The translations under genes and the position numbers were made by a program. Shown here piece by piece: positions 27,262 to 36,384 of a stretch of DNA of 64,000 bases. The stretch's first letter is position 1; each line of letters begins with the position of its first letter. The notes under the pieces are model-generated. The model searched no databases. It was given only the letters and a program-made list of their open reading frames with translations, and had not been told where the DNA came from. Origin of the DNA: an uncultured Candidatus Saccharibacteria bacterium (GTDB lineage: Bacteria; Patescibacteriota; Doudnabacteria; UBA920); NCBI GenBank assembly GCA_964416765.1, contig CAYQEU010000001.1:617208-681207 (forward strand), given 5' to 3'.

Positions 27262-28557
27262 ATGAAAAACTCACTCTTAAAACCCATTAAAGGGTATGGC
27301 TTATCCCTTTTGGCCGCCGCCATGGTACTGGGAGTATTTTCCCCGACGGTTCAAGCGGCGAACCCCTCGCTTCAAGTAACCAGTTACGATAACTATACTT
27401 ACCAAATTTCGGTAAGCGTGGCTGACAGCTATAAGATGGTCTACCTGTATTCCAGGCAGTCCGGAACCCTAAACTGGGAATCTTTCGGCACGATTGGCAG
27501 CACCGACGGCAGTGGCTCACTTAATGCAACCTTTTACGCGGGTTCCGGTGGATACTACAACTATCGGGAATTTTATGTCTTGGTGAACGGCATCCAATCA
27601 AATGTCACTTCGGCTAACAACTATGGCTACGGTGGCGTCACGTTCAGTCAGACTAACCCATCAATGTACGTGGGCCAAAGCCTTCAAATTTCGCTTTATG
27701 GCGGTACAGGAAATTACTACATTTCCAATAACTCCAATTCGTATGTGGTTTCGGCCAACCTCAGTGGCAGCACCCTTTACTTGTACGCCAACCAAAACGG
27801 AAGCAGTACCATTACCGTATGCGGCAACAACTATTACTACTCAGGGAGTAATTGCGGCACCCTCTACGTAACAGTAACCGGTAATAACTACGGCAGCGGC
27901 AACCTATGGTTTAGTCCGAGCAATCCCACGCTGAACGTAGGACAAAGCCTAGCTGTTTCAATAAATAGCAGTAGCGGTACCTATAGTCCCATTTACAATA
28001 ATCCTTATTACATCAGCTATAATTCCAACCCCAGCGTAGTTTCCGCCACGGTGTCAGGCACGGTCCTTAACTTATACGGCTATAGCAATGGAACGAGTAC
28101 TATAACAGTCGCCCACTCCACCATGGGTTGGACGGGAACGGTCTATGTAACGGTTCGGGGCGGGTCAGTCCTGGGTTCCACTACTTACGCCAATGGCCAA
28201 CTGGTGAACCAGGGCGGCACTATTTGCCTTATCTATAAAAATACCTATATCGCTTTCGGCAACAAAGCCGCGTTCCTGGGATTAGGTTATAGCTTTAATA
28301 ATACAATCCCTTCCTACAATAACTTTTCTTACAGCTACGTGGTTACCACCCAGTACGCTTCACACCCCTGGGGGTCATGGGTAAAAGGAGGCCAGACAGT
28401 ATACTTTGTTTCAGAAAATGGCCTTATACCCATTCCGTCCTATGACATCTTCCTAAATAATGGTGGTAAGGATTCCTATGTAGTTCCCATGAATTCTTAT
28501 GACTGGTCGCGCCCTATGCTCCAGCAAATGTCCTACAACGACCAGCGGTTATACTGA
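27262..28557 (+). CDS. Secreted Ser/Asn/Tyr/Gly-rich repeat protein (Ig-like/BIG-like repeats)
   Basis: Signal peptide MKNSLLKPIKGYGLSLLAAAMVLGVFSPTVQA. Repeated ..NPS..VGQSL..S...G..Y..NNS..VVSA..SG..L.LY....G.STITV.. units. Confidence 0.6.
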   Translation: MKNSLLKPIKGYGLSLLAAAMVLGVFSPTVQAANPSLQVTSYDNYTYQISVSVADSYKMVYLYSRQSGTLNWESFGTIGSTDGSGSLNATFYAGSGGYYNYREFYVLVNGIQSNVTSANNYGYGGVTFSQTNPSMYVGQSLQISLYGGTGNYYISNNSNSYVVSANLSGSTLYLYANQNGSSTITVCGNNYYYSGSNCGTLYVTVTGNNYGSGNLWFSPSNPTLNVGQSLAVSINSSSGTYSPIYNNPYYISYNSNPSVVSATVSGTVLNLYGYSNGTSTITVAHSTMGWTGTVYVTVRGGSVLGSTTYANGQLVNQGGTICLIYKNTYIAFGNKAAFLGLGYSFNNTIPSYNNFSYSYVVTTQYASHPWGSWVKGGQTVYFVSENGLIPIPSYDIFLNNGGKDSYVVPMNSYDWSRPMLQQMSYNDQRLY

Positions 28558-28562
28558 CCTTC

Positions 28563-28733
28563 ATGCCGAAACAATTAACCAAAACCAAAATGTCCAAGAC
28601 TTACCAGCGTCGCGGCCACAAACTGCGGCATGCCACCAAAAAGAGCACCAACAAGGAGTCCAAACCTAAGTTTAGCTATCCGGATGAGCCCTGGATTCCC
28701 GATTTTCCTCAGCTACGCCCTCATTACAAATAA
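28563..28733 (+). CDS. Candidate 56-aa small basic protein (MPKQLTKTKMSKTYQRRGHKLRHATKKSTNKESKPKF...), absent from the ORF track
   Basis: Intergenic ORF below the 60-aa cutoff. Highly basic N-terminal half. Confidence 0.3.
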   Translation: MPKQLTKTKMSKTYQRRGHKLRHATKKSTNKESKPKFSYPDEPWIPDFPQLRPHYK

Positions 28734-28759
28734 AGGTCGAATTAAGAAAGGATATTTAT

Positions 28760-29134
28760 ATGAACAACTTTTCAATCGCCAAGGGGTTCGGCTACGGAGC
28801 GCTCATTTGGGGAATTATGTTTATAGCCATAAGTATATTAGTCGGCTATCACTTCTCCATGGGCACTGGATGGAGTTTGGCGCTCGCGGCCCTCTCCGGC
28901 GTTTTGTCCTATGTATTTGCCCTAGCTACTAAAGCATCAAATGGCATGCAAGCCTTAGAATATGGTGTGTTTTGGGCTGTGGTGGGTATTTTGTTAGATT
29001 TGCTTATCAGTTACCAATTCCAGCACGGAATCTTTGCGACCTGGTCATACTGGCTGAGCTACGCGTTGGTTATAGGAGCACCTTGGCTGGAATACGAAAT
29101 CCAAGGTACCGGAACACATCCACGGGCAATATAA
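28760..29134 (+). CDS. Hypothetical 4-TM membrane protein
   Basis: 124 aa, hydrophobic. Confidence 0.5.
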   Translation: MNNFSIAKGFGYGALIWGIMFIAISILVGYHFSMGTGWSLALAALSGVLSYVFALATKASNGMQALEYGVFWAVVGILLDLLISYQFQHGIFATWSYWLSYALVIGAPWLEYEIQGTGTHPRAI

Positions 29135-29164
29135 TCTTAATCATGAGGGCGTAGCACTTAGGCG

Positions 29165-29584
29165 GTGATCAATATGAAATATACTAAAAAATTTCCTCAC
29201 TATTACGGAGATATAGTCCGCGCACTGTTCCTTGTGGCGGCCCTGATAATGCTAATAGAGTTGCCGGCCCTAAACAGACAGATCGGGGTTCCCGTTGCGG
29301 TGTCGGTGGTAAGCATCTTGGTCTTGGGACTGGCCGCAGGGTTGACCAACCCGGAATTAATTTGGGACGCGGGAATTAACATGGCAATATCAGTACTTTC
29401 ATTTGGCGTATTCGAAACTTACGCGGTAATAGCGTTTAGGGAAAACGGTGGTACTGACACCTTTTTCCTAACCAACTTAGCCCTGGGATTTGTATGCCTG
29501 TTGGCGGTCTACTTTAGCGTGAAGACCCTCCGGGGGCTAATGATGGGACAGCGGGGACATGACACTGATTCGAATCCTAAATAA
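29165..29584 (+). CDS. Hypothetical membrane protein
   Basis: 139 aa, 4 predicted TM helices. Confidence 0.5.
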   Translation: MINMKYTKKFPHYYGDIVRALFLVAALIMLIELPALNRQIGVPVAVSVVSILVLGLAAGLTNPELIWDAGINMAISVLSFGVFETYAVIAFRENGGTDTFFLTNLALGFVCLLAVYFSVKTLRGLMMGQRGHDTDSNPK

Positions 29585-29593
29585 CTCAACAAC

Positions 29594-30085
29594 ATGAGAA
29601 AACTGCAATACTCCTTAACAGCATTATTACTTGCCGGCGCAATTTTTGCTGGGTACAACGTGACGAAAAATTTCATAAGGTTCTACCATTTTGAAGGGAC
29701 TCTATTCAAGTTCAAAAACTGCGTGGTCCCCAACCCCGCAACTGAAGCCTGTTTCTACGGCGCGATTGCGTTTATAGTAGCTCTAGCGTGGTCAATTATG
29801 ATCTTGCGGTCGCAAGCCGACCACATAAGGAAGCTTCAACACTACTTGTGGTGGTTTTTGGGGGCAGGAACCATATTCGCTTGGTACAATGTGTCGAAAG
29901 AATTTATTCAATTCTATATTACCCGGCCCGGAGCGGCGCTTGGTTGCTCCGCCACCCCCATTACGAACCCCTTCCTAACGCCATGCTTTGCCGGGGCTTG
30001 TATATTCTTCCTTTCGACTATACTAGCGGGCCTAATCTATTCCAAAATGGCAAATAGGGCTTCTTTAAGCGACAAAGTGTTATAA
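29594..30085 (+). CDS. Membrane protein with internal duplication and a conserved Cys pair in each repeat
   Basis: Repeats: ..GYNVTKNFIRFYHF..C..NP..EACFYGAIAF.. and ..WYNVSKEFIQFYIT..C..NPFLTPCFAGACIFF.. Confidence 0.5.
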   Translation: MRKLQYSLTALLLAGAIFAGYNVTKNFIRFYHFEGTLFKFKNCVVPNPATEACFYGAIAFIVALAWSIMILRSQADHIRKLQHYLWWFLGAGTIFAWYNVSKEFIQFYITRPGAALGCSATPITNPFLTPCFAGACIFFLSTILAGLIYSKMANRASLSDKVL

Positions 30086-30116
30086 TGATAATGATTAAAG
30101 TAATTAAACGAAACAA

Positions 30117-30671
30117 ATGAGAATTCAATTTGATGAGCCGAACATCTCCAAGTTCCTCTTCGGCGACACCCGGACCGCGTGGCTATGGTTAATCATCCGC
30201 CTTTATGTGGGATGGGAGTGGCTCTACGCCGGATGTGAAAAATACCAAAGCCCTGTATGGATGGGCGACCAGGCCGGGACAGCCGTTAAAGGCTTTTTGA
30301 TGGGGGCCCTCCAGAAATCAGCCGGTATGCACCCTGATGTCCAGGGCTGGTATGCTTCTTTTATCCAAAACTTTGCCCTGCACCATACTGTCGGATTTTC
30401 TTATTTGGTAACCTTTGGTGAAATTGCGGTTGGGGCTGCTTTGATCCTTGGCCTCTTTACCGGCATTGCGGCTTTCTTTGGCAGCTTCATGAACTTGAAT
30501 TACCTGCTGGCTGGTACAGTGAGCACCAACCCTATTTTATTGCTCCTCCAACTGTTCCTTATCTTGGCTTGGCGCGTTGCCGGCTGGTGGGGGCTCGACC
30601 GCTACATGTTGCCAGCCCTAGGCACTCCGTGGCAAGCTGGTGAGATTAAAAAATCCCTATCAAGTAACTAA
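30117..30671 (+). CDS. DoxX-family membrane protein
   Basis: LIIRLYVGWEWLYAG and GIAAFFGSFMNLNYLLAG, the DoxX pattern. Confidence 0.7.
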   Translation: MRIQFDEPNISKFLFGDTRTAWLWLIIRLYVGWEWLYAGCEKYQSPVWMGDQAGTAVKGFLMGALQKSAGMHPDVQGWYASFIQNFALHHTVGFSYLVTFGEIAVGAALILGLFTGIAAFFGSFMNLNYLLAGTVSTNPILLLLQLFLILAWRVAGWWGLDRYMLPALGTPWQAGEIKKSLSSN

Positions 30672-30679
30672 CAATCTAT

Positions 30680-30844
30680 ATGAAAATTAAGGTTGAACAA
30701 CATACTTTTTCCGGGGCGCTCTGGGTAGCTTCATGGCTATTCACAATCGGCATTTTACATCTCTCCTTCTGGCGCGGTGTACTAGCCATAATTATTTGGC
30801 CATACTACCTTGGTACCCTAGTCGCAACATTCATTCATCACTAG
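30680..30844 (+). CDS. Candidate 54-aa two-TM small membrane protein, absent from the ORF track
   Basis: MKIKVEQHTFSGALWVASWLFTIGILHLSFWRGVLAIIIWPYYLGTLVATFIHH. Ends 3 nt before the cupin gene start. Confidence 0.3.
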   Translation: MKIKVEQHTFSGALWVASWLFTIGILHLSFWRGVLAIIIWPYYLGTLVATFIHH

Positions 30845-30847
30845 GCC

Positions 30848-31240
30848 ATGCGCGGATACATAGTAGAAATTGAACAGGCAGCGCGGGACAACTCTAATTT
30901 CCGGAAAGTCTTATACACCGCCAAAAACAGCCAACTAGTGGTCATGAGTCTTAATCCCGGCGAAGATATTGGGATGGAAGTCCACCAACTGGACCAATTT
31001 ATCCGCGTCGAAACGGGGAACGGCAAAGCTATCCTGGACAGTGTCGAACATGACATTACGGATGGTTTCGCGGTTGTAGTACCCGCCGGCACTGAACATA
31101 ACATCATAAACTCATCCGAAGGGATGATGAAGCTCTATACGGTATATTCCCCTCCCAACCATAGGGACGGGGTGATTCACGCCAGCAAAGCTGACGCGGA
31201 AGCTGACACCGAAAAGTTTGATGGCAAAACAACCGAATAG
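30848..31240 (+). CDS. Cupin-domain protein
   Basis: Small beta-barrel cupin_2-like pattern (MSLNPGEDIGMEVHQ..DQFIRVETG). Confidence 0.65.
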   Translation: MRGYIVEIEQAARDNSNFRKVLYTAKNSQLVVMSLNPGEDIGMEVHQLDQFIRVETGNGKAILDSVEHDITDGFAVVVPAGTEHNIINSSEGMMKLYTVYSPPNHRDGVIHASKADAEADTEKFDGKTTE

Positions 31241-31919
31241 CGCATTAATGATCAATCTTTTAAAAGGGATTTTTTACCGGGTAGATGATTCTGTCATTGC
31301 CATATTCACCGGATTTTCGTTGCTCGGCCATGGGGCGGCCATAGTTTTAACGTATTTTATTGTAACCTCCGGTTTTGATGGGTGGTATTTCGCCAAACTC
31401 GGCCATGGTATTACCTTAACCCTAGGACTCCCTGCAGCCCTGATTGGTTTCTTCGTTCCCATCTTGGTCCCCCTCTTCCTTTTGTACCGAGGCCGGCTCA
31501 AAGAAAGGGCATTGAACGCGGCTTACGCGATTGCCCAAGCCGAAATTGTCGCGTGGGTGGTTATTGCGCTTTATAAATTCTTTACAGGGCGGGCGCACCC
31601 GGAAATATTTACTGCTCTAGGGGCGGACATGAGCCAAGTCTTCAACTTCGGGTTTGGCCGGGGCGGTGTATTCTGGGGTTGGCCATCTACTCATACTGCC
31701 TGCGCCTTTGCCATGACCGCTTGCTTAGTCATGCTATATCCGGAATCAAAGAAAATCCGGTATTTTGGAATTCTATATGCCTTCTATATAGGTTGGGGTG
31801 TTTCTATTAGTATCCACTGGTTCTCGGATTTCGTGGCGGGAGCCATCATCGGGACGTTGGTGGGCATATGCGTAGCCCGGGTTTTTCGAGAACGACTGCT
31901 GCACCTGTCAGGACAGTAA
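31218..31919 (+). CDS. PAP2-superfamily phosphatase (membrane)
   Basis: PSTHTACAF and SRxxxxxH-like HWFSDFVAG motifs. 5-6 TM helices. Confidence 0.7.
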   Translation: MMAKQPNSALMINLLKGIFYRVDDSVIAIFTGFSLLGHGAAIVLTYFIVTSGFDGWYFAKLGHGITLTLGLPAALIGFFVPILVPLFLLYRGRLKERALNAAYAIAQAEIVAWVVIALYKFFTGRAHPEIFTALGADMSQVFNFGFGRGGVFWGWPSTHTACAFAMTACLVMLYPESKKIRYFGILYAFYIGWGVSISIHWFSDFVAGAIIGTLVGICVARVFRERLLHLSGQ

Positions 31920-31934
31920 CAAATAAAACAACCT

Positions 31935-31966
31935 AAAAGCCGACTCCATTTTCGGGTCGGCTTTTA
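31935..31966 (+). terminator. Rho-independent terminator
   Basis: aaaagccgac ... gtcggctttt, then T-run. Confidence 0.7.
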
Positions 31967-32192
31967 GCAAACATCGTGCTGTCTCATATTGTAGTATTTT
32001 TTAGAATGGCTTAGCGCCATAAGGCTTTGCATATGAGGCGTAGCACGTGTGCATTACGCTCTGTTGCATCCTTATATCTCTCCTTTCATATTAATCATAG
32101 ACCCGTCTTATTAGGCTGTAAAGAGGTTATCCACTTTTAGAGTGTTGTTTGTGCTACAATGCTTATATAAGCCAAATTATTAATGAAAATAT

Positions 32193-32573
32193 ATGTTAAG
32201 TGGCGCACCTATCGCCCCGACTCTGCCGGCAACAGATATCGAACGGGCAAAAAGATTTTATAAAGAAGTGATTGGCTTGGAAGAAGCCCCGAGCCAGGAA
32301 CCAGGCGGAGCCACGTTTCAGTGTGGCAATGGTACTCAGCTCTACATCTATCAAAGAGGTCCTGTTAAAGTTGAGCATACCCTTGCTTCATTCCAGGTTA
32401 AGGATTTGGAAGCAGAGATGGCGGAACTCCGAGGCCGTGGCCTGGTATTTGAAGATTACGACCTGCCGGGATTCAAAACGGAAAATGGTGTAATGGACAT
32501 GAATGGGTTTAAAGCCGCCTGGTTCAAAGATACAGAGGGAAATATTATTGGTATTGGGCAAAGCGCCAAATAG
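32193..32573 (+). CDS. VOC/glyoxalase-family protein
   Basis: 126 aa, glyoxalase-fold pattern. Confidence 0.7.
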   Translation: MLSGAPIAPTLPATDIERAKRFYKEVIGLEEAPSQEPGGATFQCGNGTQLYIYQRGPVKVEHTLASFQVKDLEAEMAELRGRGLVFEDYDLPGFKTENGVMDMNGFKAAWFKDTEGNIIGIGQSAK

Positions 32574-32606
32574 TATAGTACAATAAAGTATAATTAAAAT
32601 ATAAAC

Positions 32607-33095
32607 ATGGAAAACGAACACCATCATCACTCATCAGGGAAAAGCCATCTTCCGGGATTGGAAGGGTTTTTCGATACTTACTTGAGAATTAAGGCCCCGT
32701 TCCAATTACCGGCCCGCGCGAAAGAATTCATTGTCCAGTACGGTCCGTGGATTAGCTTGGTTCTCCTTATCCTCTCTGCCCTGGTCATTATCCCGCTTTT
32801 GGCTTTGGCTCTCGGCCTTACGGTTATCACCCTGCCTTTCCAGGCTGCAGCGGGTACCTTACACGCGAGCACCAACAGCATCATTCAGTTAATCATTACC
32901 GTTATCGTGCTGGTGCTGGAAGCAGCCGCCATTCCGGCTTTACTCAAAAGGAAGCTGTCGGGCTGGATGCTCATCTATTACGCTATTCTGCTTTCGGCCC
33001 TTGGAAGCATAATCCAGCTGCAAATTGTCAGCACAATCCTGAGTCTGCTGATCGGGATGTACATCCTGTTCCAAATTCGCGAATATTACCGCTAA
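32607..33095 (+). CDS. Hypothetical membrane protein with natural N-terminal His4 run (MENEHHHHSSGKSH)
   Basis: 162 aa, 3-4 TM helices. Confidence 0.5.
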   Translation: MENEHHHHSSGKSHLPGLEGFFDTYLRIKAPFQLPARAKEFIVQYGPWISLVLLILSALVIIPLLALALGLTVITLPFQAAAGTLHASTNSIIQLIITVIVLVLEAAAIPALLKRKLSGWMLIYYAILLSALGSIIQLQIVSTILSLLIGMYILFQIREYYR

Positions 33096-33099
33096 AATT

Positions 33100-33124
33100 A
33101 AGCCTCCTTCGGGAGGCTTTTTTG
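33100..33124 (+). terminator. Rho-independent terminator
   Basis: aagcctcc-ttcg-ggaggctt followed by tttttgtt. Confidence 0.9.
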
Positions 33125-33137
33125 TTATAATTAGTTT

Positions 33138-33407
33138 ATGAATATAACGGTATTTATCGCTATCATCGCTGCAGCAAATATCCTGTCTTTTGCCATGGTG
33201 GCATTCGACAAAAATAAAAGCATCGCTGGAAGCAATCGGGTGCCCGAAGTCTATTTTTTCTTTTGGTCGATTTTCTTTTCCTCGCTGGGGGTTCTTTTGG
33301 GAATGTACGCTTTCAGGCATAAAGTCCGTAAACCCTATTTCACCATTGGCATAACCCTTTTGCTCCTTGAGCAAGCACTATTAACTTACCTGCTTCTAAT
33401 CAGATGA
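33138..33407 (+). CDS. DUF1294-family small membrane protein
   Basis: FAMVAFDKNKSIAGSNRVPEVYFFFW pattern of DUF1294. Confidence 0.65.
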   Translation: MNITVFIAIIAAANILSFAMVAFDKNKSIAGSNRVPEVYFFFWSIFFSSLGVLLGMYAFRHKVRKPYFTIGITLLLLEQALLTYLLLIR

Positions 33408-34159
33408 AACTAATTAACCTGAACACTTGGCACGGCGGCAAAAACCTTTGGGATAATATTGTGGAGTATTTAAGAGCGGAAGACCCGGACATACTCATGC
33501 TGCAGGAGGCCTATGCCAGCAAGGAGCCGGGACAAGCTCCTTTTTTGAACACCGCAGAATCCATCAAAAAAATTATTGATTTGCCCTACAGCGAGTTCGC
33601 CCAGGAATTTATGCTGACCACGCCGGATGATTACGCCCCCATGGGAAATGCAATCCTTTCCCGCTTTCCCCTGGTGAATGCCAACACGGTATGGCTGCAT
33701 GGGGATGGGCCGACCGAAGTAAACGACCAGGATCGGGAGGCAATCCCCAACATCCCGCGGAACATGCTTCATTGCCAAGCCGAAATTAACGGACACACTT
33801 ACAATTTGCTTAACACTCATGGGGTATGGGCTCCCGATTCTGCGGAAACTGAATCCCAACAGGAAATGGGACGGATTATAAGCGAGTATGTCAGGAATAT
33901 GGCAAACGTGATACTGGCGGGTGACTTTAACACGAATGAAAACACCGCCACCATGTCAGCCATCCGGGAAGGACTTGTAGACGTATTTAGCGGCGAGCGC
34001 AAAAGCAGTTTCAACATGAAACATAAGACAAACCCGGGCTATGGCACCGCGGTGGTTGATTTTGTTTTTGTCAGCCCAAACATACAGGTGCTGGAACACA
34101 GGACCAGCGATCGGGATGTTTCTGACCACCAAAGCCAGATAGTAATCTTAGACTTATAA
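33404..34159 (+). CDS. Endonuclease/exonuclease/phosphatase (EEP) family protein
   Basis: LNTWHG..., ILMLQEA, GDFN, SDH, the conserved EEP catalytic motifs. Confidence 0.8.
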   Translation: MKLINLNTWHGGKNLWDNIVEYLRAEDPDILMLQEAYASKEPGQAPFLNTAESIKKIIDLPYSEFAQEFMLTTPDDYAPMGNAILSRFPLVNANTVWLHGDGPTEVNDQDREAIPNIPRNMLHCQAEINGHTYNLLNTHGVWAPDSAETESQQEMGRIISEYVRNMANVILAGDFNTNENTATMSAIREGLVDVFSGERKSSFNMKHKTNPGYGTAVVDFVFVSPNIQVLEHRTSDRDVSDHQSQIVILDL

Positions 34160-34828
34160 AGTCTTAATTTCCCCGGGCTGTGTTTCCTGGTACTCCTTAC
34201 GGAACAGGTTCGTGGCCATAACGAATATTCCAAAAGTCATGAAGGGGGCGGCGAAGACATCTATTGAGTAGTGGATATGGGAGGCAAGGACACCTGCTCC
34301 CATTACCACGGAATATGCAAAAAATAGATAACGCCAAAATCTTTCCCGGTAGAATATCAGCCCCATAAGAAACGGGATGCCGGTATGGCCGGAGAAGAAG
34401 AAGTCGCTTCTGCTGTTGAATAAGACGTTATATAGGCCAAAACCCACGGTGGTGGTATCCAGGGTCAGCTGGTGCGGGTTGGCCCCTAAATGGGTCAGGG
34501 AAATAAAGAAAGACCTGGTGACAATGAATACCGACAGGGCCGCGGCGGTAAAGAGCAGGTACCGCGGTTTCCAGATTACCAAACCAATAATCAAAAACAA
34601 CAGCAGCAACGCTCCCTGCACTACTATGAAATCAATATCGAGGGTCGGAATATGGTCAAAAATAAAATCACTAACAGCAACCCCTGACTGTCTTGCCACA
34701 TAGTTATTGGCAAAATGCTGGATTACCAGGGCCAAAGCAAAAAGAGCGAGGACTTTAACTAGCGCTTTCAGCCGGTCTCGCGTCCAATATTCCTTTTGTC
34801 TATTAACAAATACTCTAAAATACCGCAT
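34154..34828 (-). CDS. PAP2-like / phosphatidic acid phosphatase-related membrane protein
   Basis: FFSGHTG ... HYSIDV motifs. 5 TM helices. Confidence 0.65.
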   Translation of the reverse strand: MRYFRVFVNRQKEYWTRDRLKALVKVLALFALALVIQHFANNYVARQSGVAVSDFIFDHIPTLDIDFIVVQGALLLLFLIIGLVIWKPRYLLFTAAALSVFIVTRSFFISLTHLGANPHQLTLDTTTVGFGLYNVLFNSRSDFFFSGHTGIPFLMGLIFYRERFWRYLFFAYSVVMGAGVLASHIHYSIDVFAAPFMTFGIFVMATNLFRKEYQETQPGEIKTL

Positions 34829-34939
34829 ATTAATTTACTATAGCACTCAAAGGTATCAGGTCAAATAACACAAATCCCTCTTCATAATGTCTTCATTAAT
34901 GCTAAAATATAGTAATAGAGCAAATCATTAAACTGTCCT

Positions 34940-35521
34940 ATGGAAATAAACCCACAGAACACCAATAAGCTAGTTTTAGGAGGCGCGGTAATTTTAATCA
35001 TTGTCCTGATCTTTGTCGGTGTGGCATGGTACCGAGGCTCCCAGTCCACTACCCTGTCGGATGTTAACAATTCTGACAACGGCGCTGTCGCCAATAACGA
35101 CCAGCCCCTGCCCCAGAACGGTAATGTTGCCAATACCTCAAATGTTAACTCGCCGGTCAACTCAAATGTACCAGCTAACAATGGCAACTCTAATCTAAAT
35201 TCCAACACCGGCGGAAGCGCTTCGGCCTACAAAGATGGAACGTATACCACAACAGCGAGCTATAGCTCTCCAGGCGGCACCGAAAAAATCACCGTTTCCC
35301 TTACCCTCAAAGATGACAAAGTAGTCGCTTCCAACGTTACTACCACACCAGCTGACCATGACTCCCGATACTACCAGCAACAATTCATAGACAACTACAA
35401 GTCTGTTGTAATCGGTAAGGACATTTCCTCCTTACAGTTGGGAAGGATTGCCGGTTCATCCCTTACTCCAATTGGTTTTAACACGGCCGTAAAGCAAATT
35501 AAGGCCCAGGCGAAAGCTTAG
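34940..35521 (+). CDS. Membrane-anchored extracytoplasmic FMN-binding-domain (FMN_bind-like) protein
   Basis: N-terminal TM, Asn-rich linker, then YKDGTYTTTASYSSPGGTEKITVSLTLKDDKVVASNV fitting the FMN_bind domain. The flavinylation motif is only approximate (RIAGSSLT). Confidence 0.55.
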   Translation: MEINPQNTNKLVLGGAVILIIVLIFVGVAWYRGSQSTTLSDVNNSDNGAVANNDQPLPQNGNVANTSNVNSPVNSNVPANNGNSNLNSNTGGSASAYKDGTYTTTASYSSPGGTEKITVSLTLKDDKVVASNVTTTPADHDSRYYQQQFIDNYKSVVIGKDISSLQLGRIAGSSLTPIGFNTAVKQIKAQAKA

Positions 35522-36384
35522 TGCAGCTTTCTTTCCAGGCAATTGGCACCCAGTGGTTCATCGACATCCCTTCCCTGCCGGAAGGGATGTCTTCGGATTC
35601 GCTGCTAAAAAAAATCTTAGACCGCATTGAAGAGTTCGACAGGAACTATTCCCGTTTTCGTACTGACTCTCTGGTAACTCAAATGTCAAAACATGCGGGC
35701 ACCTACCAACTACCGGAAGACGGAAAAACACTTATGGATTCTTATGAGCAGTTCTACCAGGCCACTAACGGGGCGGTAACGCCGCTGATTGGCAACGTCA
35801 TGGAGCAAGCCGGGTATGACGCATCCTATTCCCTGGAACCGGGACAACTTAGCGCGCCGTTGTTTTGGGGTGAAGCCCTGCAATATAACTATCCAACTTT
35901 GGAAATAAAACAGGCCGTATTGTTAGATTTTGGAGCCGCGGGAAAAGGATATCTGGTAGATATAATATCGCGATTATTGGAATCAGAAATGATCACTCGC
36001 TACTGTGTAGATGCCAGTGGTGATATATTTTGTCGAGACTTGGAAATTAAAGTCGGTTTAGAAAACCCCACCGACCCCACCCAAGCGATTGGTATAGTAA
36101 AGCTGAACAACCGAAGCTTATGTGCTTCCAGCGGGAACCGCAGAAAATGGGCCGAATATAACCACATTATTGACCCGACCACCTTAAAGTCGCCGGACAA
36201 TATTTTGGGGACTTGGGCTATCGCGAATACTGGAATTATGGCCGACGGCTTGGCCACTTGCCTATATTTTTCCCCCGCGGAAAGGTTAAAATCGCAATTT
36301 GAGTTTGAATACCTTATACTATATAAAGGGCACCGGGTGGAAAAATCGCCTGGTTTTCCCGCCGAATTATTTTTTGCGCAATGA
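35521..36384 (+). CDS. apbE: ApbE-family FAD:protein FMN transferase
   Basis: QAIGTQWFIDIP...LLDFGAAGKGYLVD...GIMADGLAT, the ApbE fold. GTG start overlapping the upstream stop by 1 nt. Confidence 0.85.
   Translation: MQLSFQAIGTQWFIDIPSLPEGMSSDSLLKKILDRIEEFDRNYSRFRTDSLVTQMSKHAGTYQLPEDGKTLMDSYEQFYQATNGAVTPLIGNVMEQAGYDASYSLEPGQLSAPLFWGEALQYNYPTLEIKQAVLLDFGAAGKGYLVDIISRLLESEMITRYCVDASGDIFCRDLEIKVGLENPTDPTQAIGIVKLNNRSLCASSGNRRKWAEYNHIIDPTTLKSPDNILGTWAIANTGIMADGLATCLYFSPAERLKSQFEFEYLILYKGHRVEKSPGFPAELFFAQ

Noticed and set aside
28630-28932. 100-aa plus-strand ORF bridging the intergenic region into the 28760 gene
   Set aside because: Out of frame with the downstream membrane protein and the upstream basic sORF, and proline/arginine-rich junk composition.
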